A DNA stretch of 64,000 nt from Octopus bimaculoides (taxonomy: Eukaryota), in NCBI RefSeq assembly GCF_001194135.2, contig NC_068982.1:56921524-56985523 (forward strand). Reading direction: 5' to 3'. Shown piece after piece: positions 62,370 to 64,000 of this stretch (the stretch's first letter is position 1; each line of letters starts with the position of its first letter). The notes under the pieces were generated by a model. It was given only the letters and a program-made list of their open reading frames with translations, made no database searches and was not told the DNA's origin. A program made the translations under genes and the position numbers.

Positions 62370-62830
62370 TGATAAAAGTGGTGGTGATGTTGGCAGTGGT
62401 GATGGTAGCAGTACTGATGGTGGTAGTGGTGATAGTGGCAGTGGTGATGGTGGTAGTGGTGGTAGTGGTGATGGTGGTGGTTTTCTGGATGGTCGTCGGA
62501 TTATTTGTTGTTTTTTCTGATGATGTTAAAACTATTAGTAATAGTAGTGGTGGTGGCAGTGTTGGCTGTGTTGATGGTGGTGGCGATGCGGATGCGGATG
62601 AAGCAGAGTTAGTGGCTAGGGTGGTTCTAGTCTTGATATCGGTGATGGAGTCGAGACGGCTTCTAATTAGTGTTTATGGAGTCGGTAAAAACGGTAGCAG
62701 CGATGGTGGTAATATTGCTGTTATTATCCTCCTTGCTGTTGTTCGTGGTGATGGTGCACGATAGGTGAGGTGGCTGTTGTTGTTGTTGTTGTTCGTGATG
62801 GTAGCGAATCTAATGGCGATGAAAGATGGT
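62370..62830. repeat. Degenerate (GGT/GTT)n low-complexity block
   Basis: Direct observation. Confidence 0.85.
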
Positions 62831-63523
62831 GCTGTCTGGCAAAATGGCTAAACAATATCTGTCGAAAACACAAATTCGTTGTTGGCTCAACTAATTTGGA
62901 TGATAGGGAAGACACAGAGAACTGGGAGGAAACCAAAATACACAAAACAATGAAAATAAAATTAAAAATAAAAATAAAAATATAAGACGATGAAAACTTG
63001 AAGAAAACGCAAAACAACAAGTTGTAAAAAAACACGACGAAAACAAAAGAAAAAAACAACATTAATAACAAACGAAAATAAACAAAATTTCTGTTGCCGC
63101 TACTGAAGATGGTGCTATTGTTGCTGTTACTGTTCATGTGTGCGAATTCATTCACATGACAAGCAACGTATGTGTCTTCCTCCTCCACAAATGTTCACCC
63201 TTTCTCTTCTCCATTTTCCATCGTCACGACGACCACCAATATCACAAACATCATCAGCACCACTACTACTGCCACCTACATCACCATTACAATCACAATC
63301 ACACAGCTTACAAACAAAAAACACAAACACAAACACAAAAGCAACCACAAAACAAAACTGCCAACACCCACAAGATAGTTGTCCCCACGACCAACATAAA
63401 CACAGTCACTACATACAGCCTGTATGTAGTCACTCATCCAGCTAGAAATAGCAGTTAAATCTCTTTCAAACCATATCTTAGAATTTTCAACAAAGAAAAA
63501 CAACAAAAACACTATGGCACGGG

Positions 63524-64000
<477 letters not shown>

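Noticed and set aside
62369-63458. Val/Met-, His- and Gln-rich ORFs, and a possible terminal exon ILFSHFARQHHLSSP...QQQGG*
   Set aside because: Low-complexity sequence stays open by composition; no recognisable homology.

Overview
AT-rich eukaryotic, repeat-dominated window with 14 N-gaps (about 3.4 kb), nearly all bounded by microsatellites, as in a short-read assembly. The SINE families, microsatellite load and a T/G-rich ND4 fragment readable in the invertebrate mitochondrial code point to an octopus genome (inference, no search run). I found no host protein-coding exon I can identify; the window looks intronic or intergenic, and almost all ORF-track entries are microsatellite or gap artefacts. 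Content: many tRNA-derived SINEs (CORE-like, Meta-like and OK/Ceph-like types), an abundant unclassified repeat of about 200 bp, decayed LINEs (RTE, R4/Dong-like, L1/Tx1-like), two Penelope-like element (PLE) ORF remnants, hAT and possible Academ-like transposase remnants, and several MITEs (piggyBac, mariner, Merlin-like, hAT). Most notable: three separate type I hammerhead ribozyme (HHR) motifs. One is in a PLE-type terminal repeat whose inverted copy brackets captured mitochondrial ND4 sequence (22958-23730). One is a Schistosoma-like HHR with a long stem I (35043-35147). One is a minimal HHR at the tail of a tRNA-headed short element (52625-52893). An RTE LINE remnant also shows twin-priming 5' inversion geometry (42269-42865). 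Family assignments come from my recall of motifs, not from database hits, and boundaries of decayed repeats are approximate.
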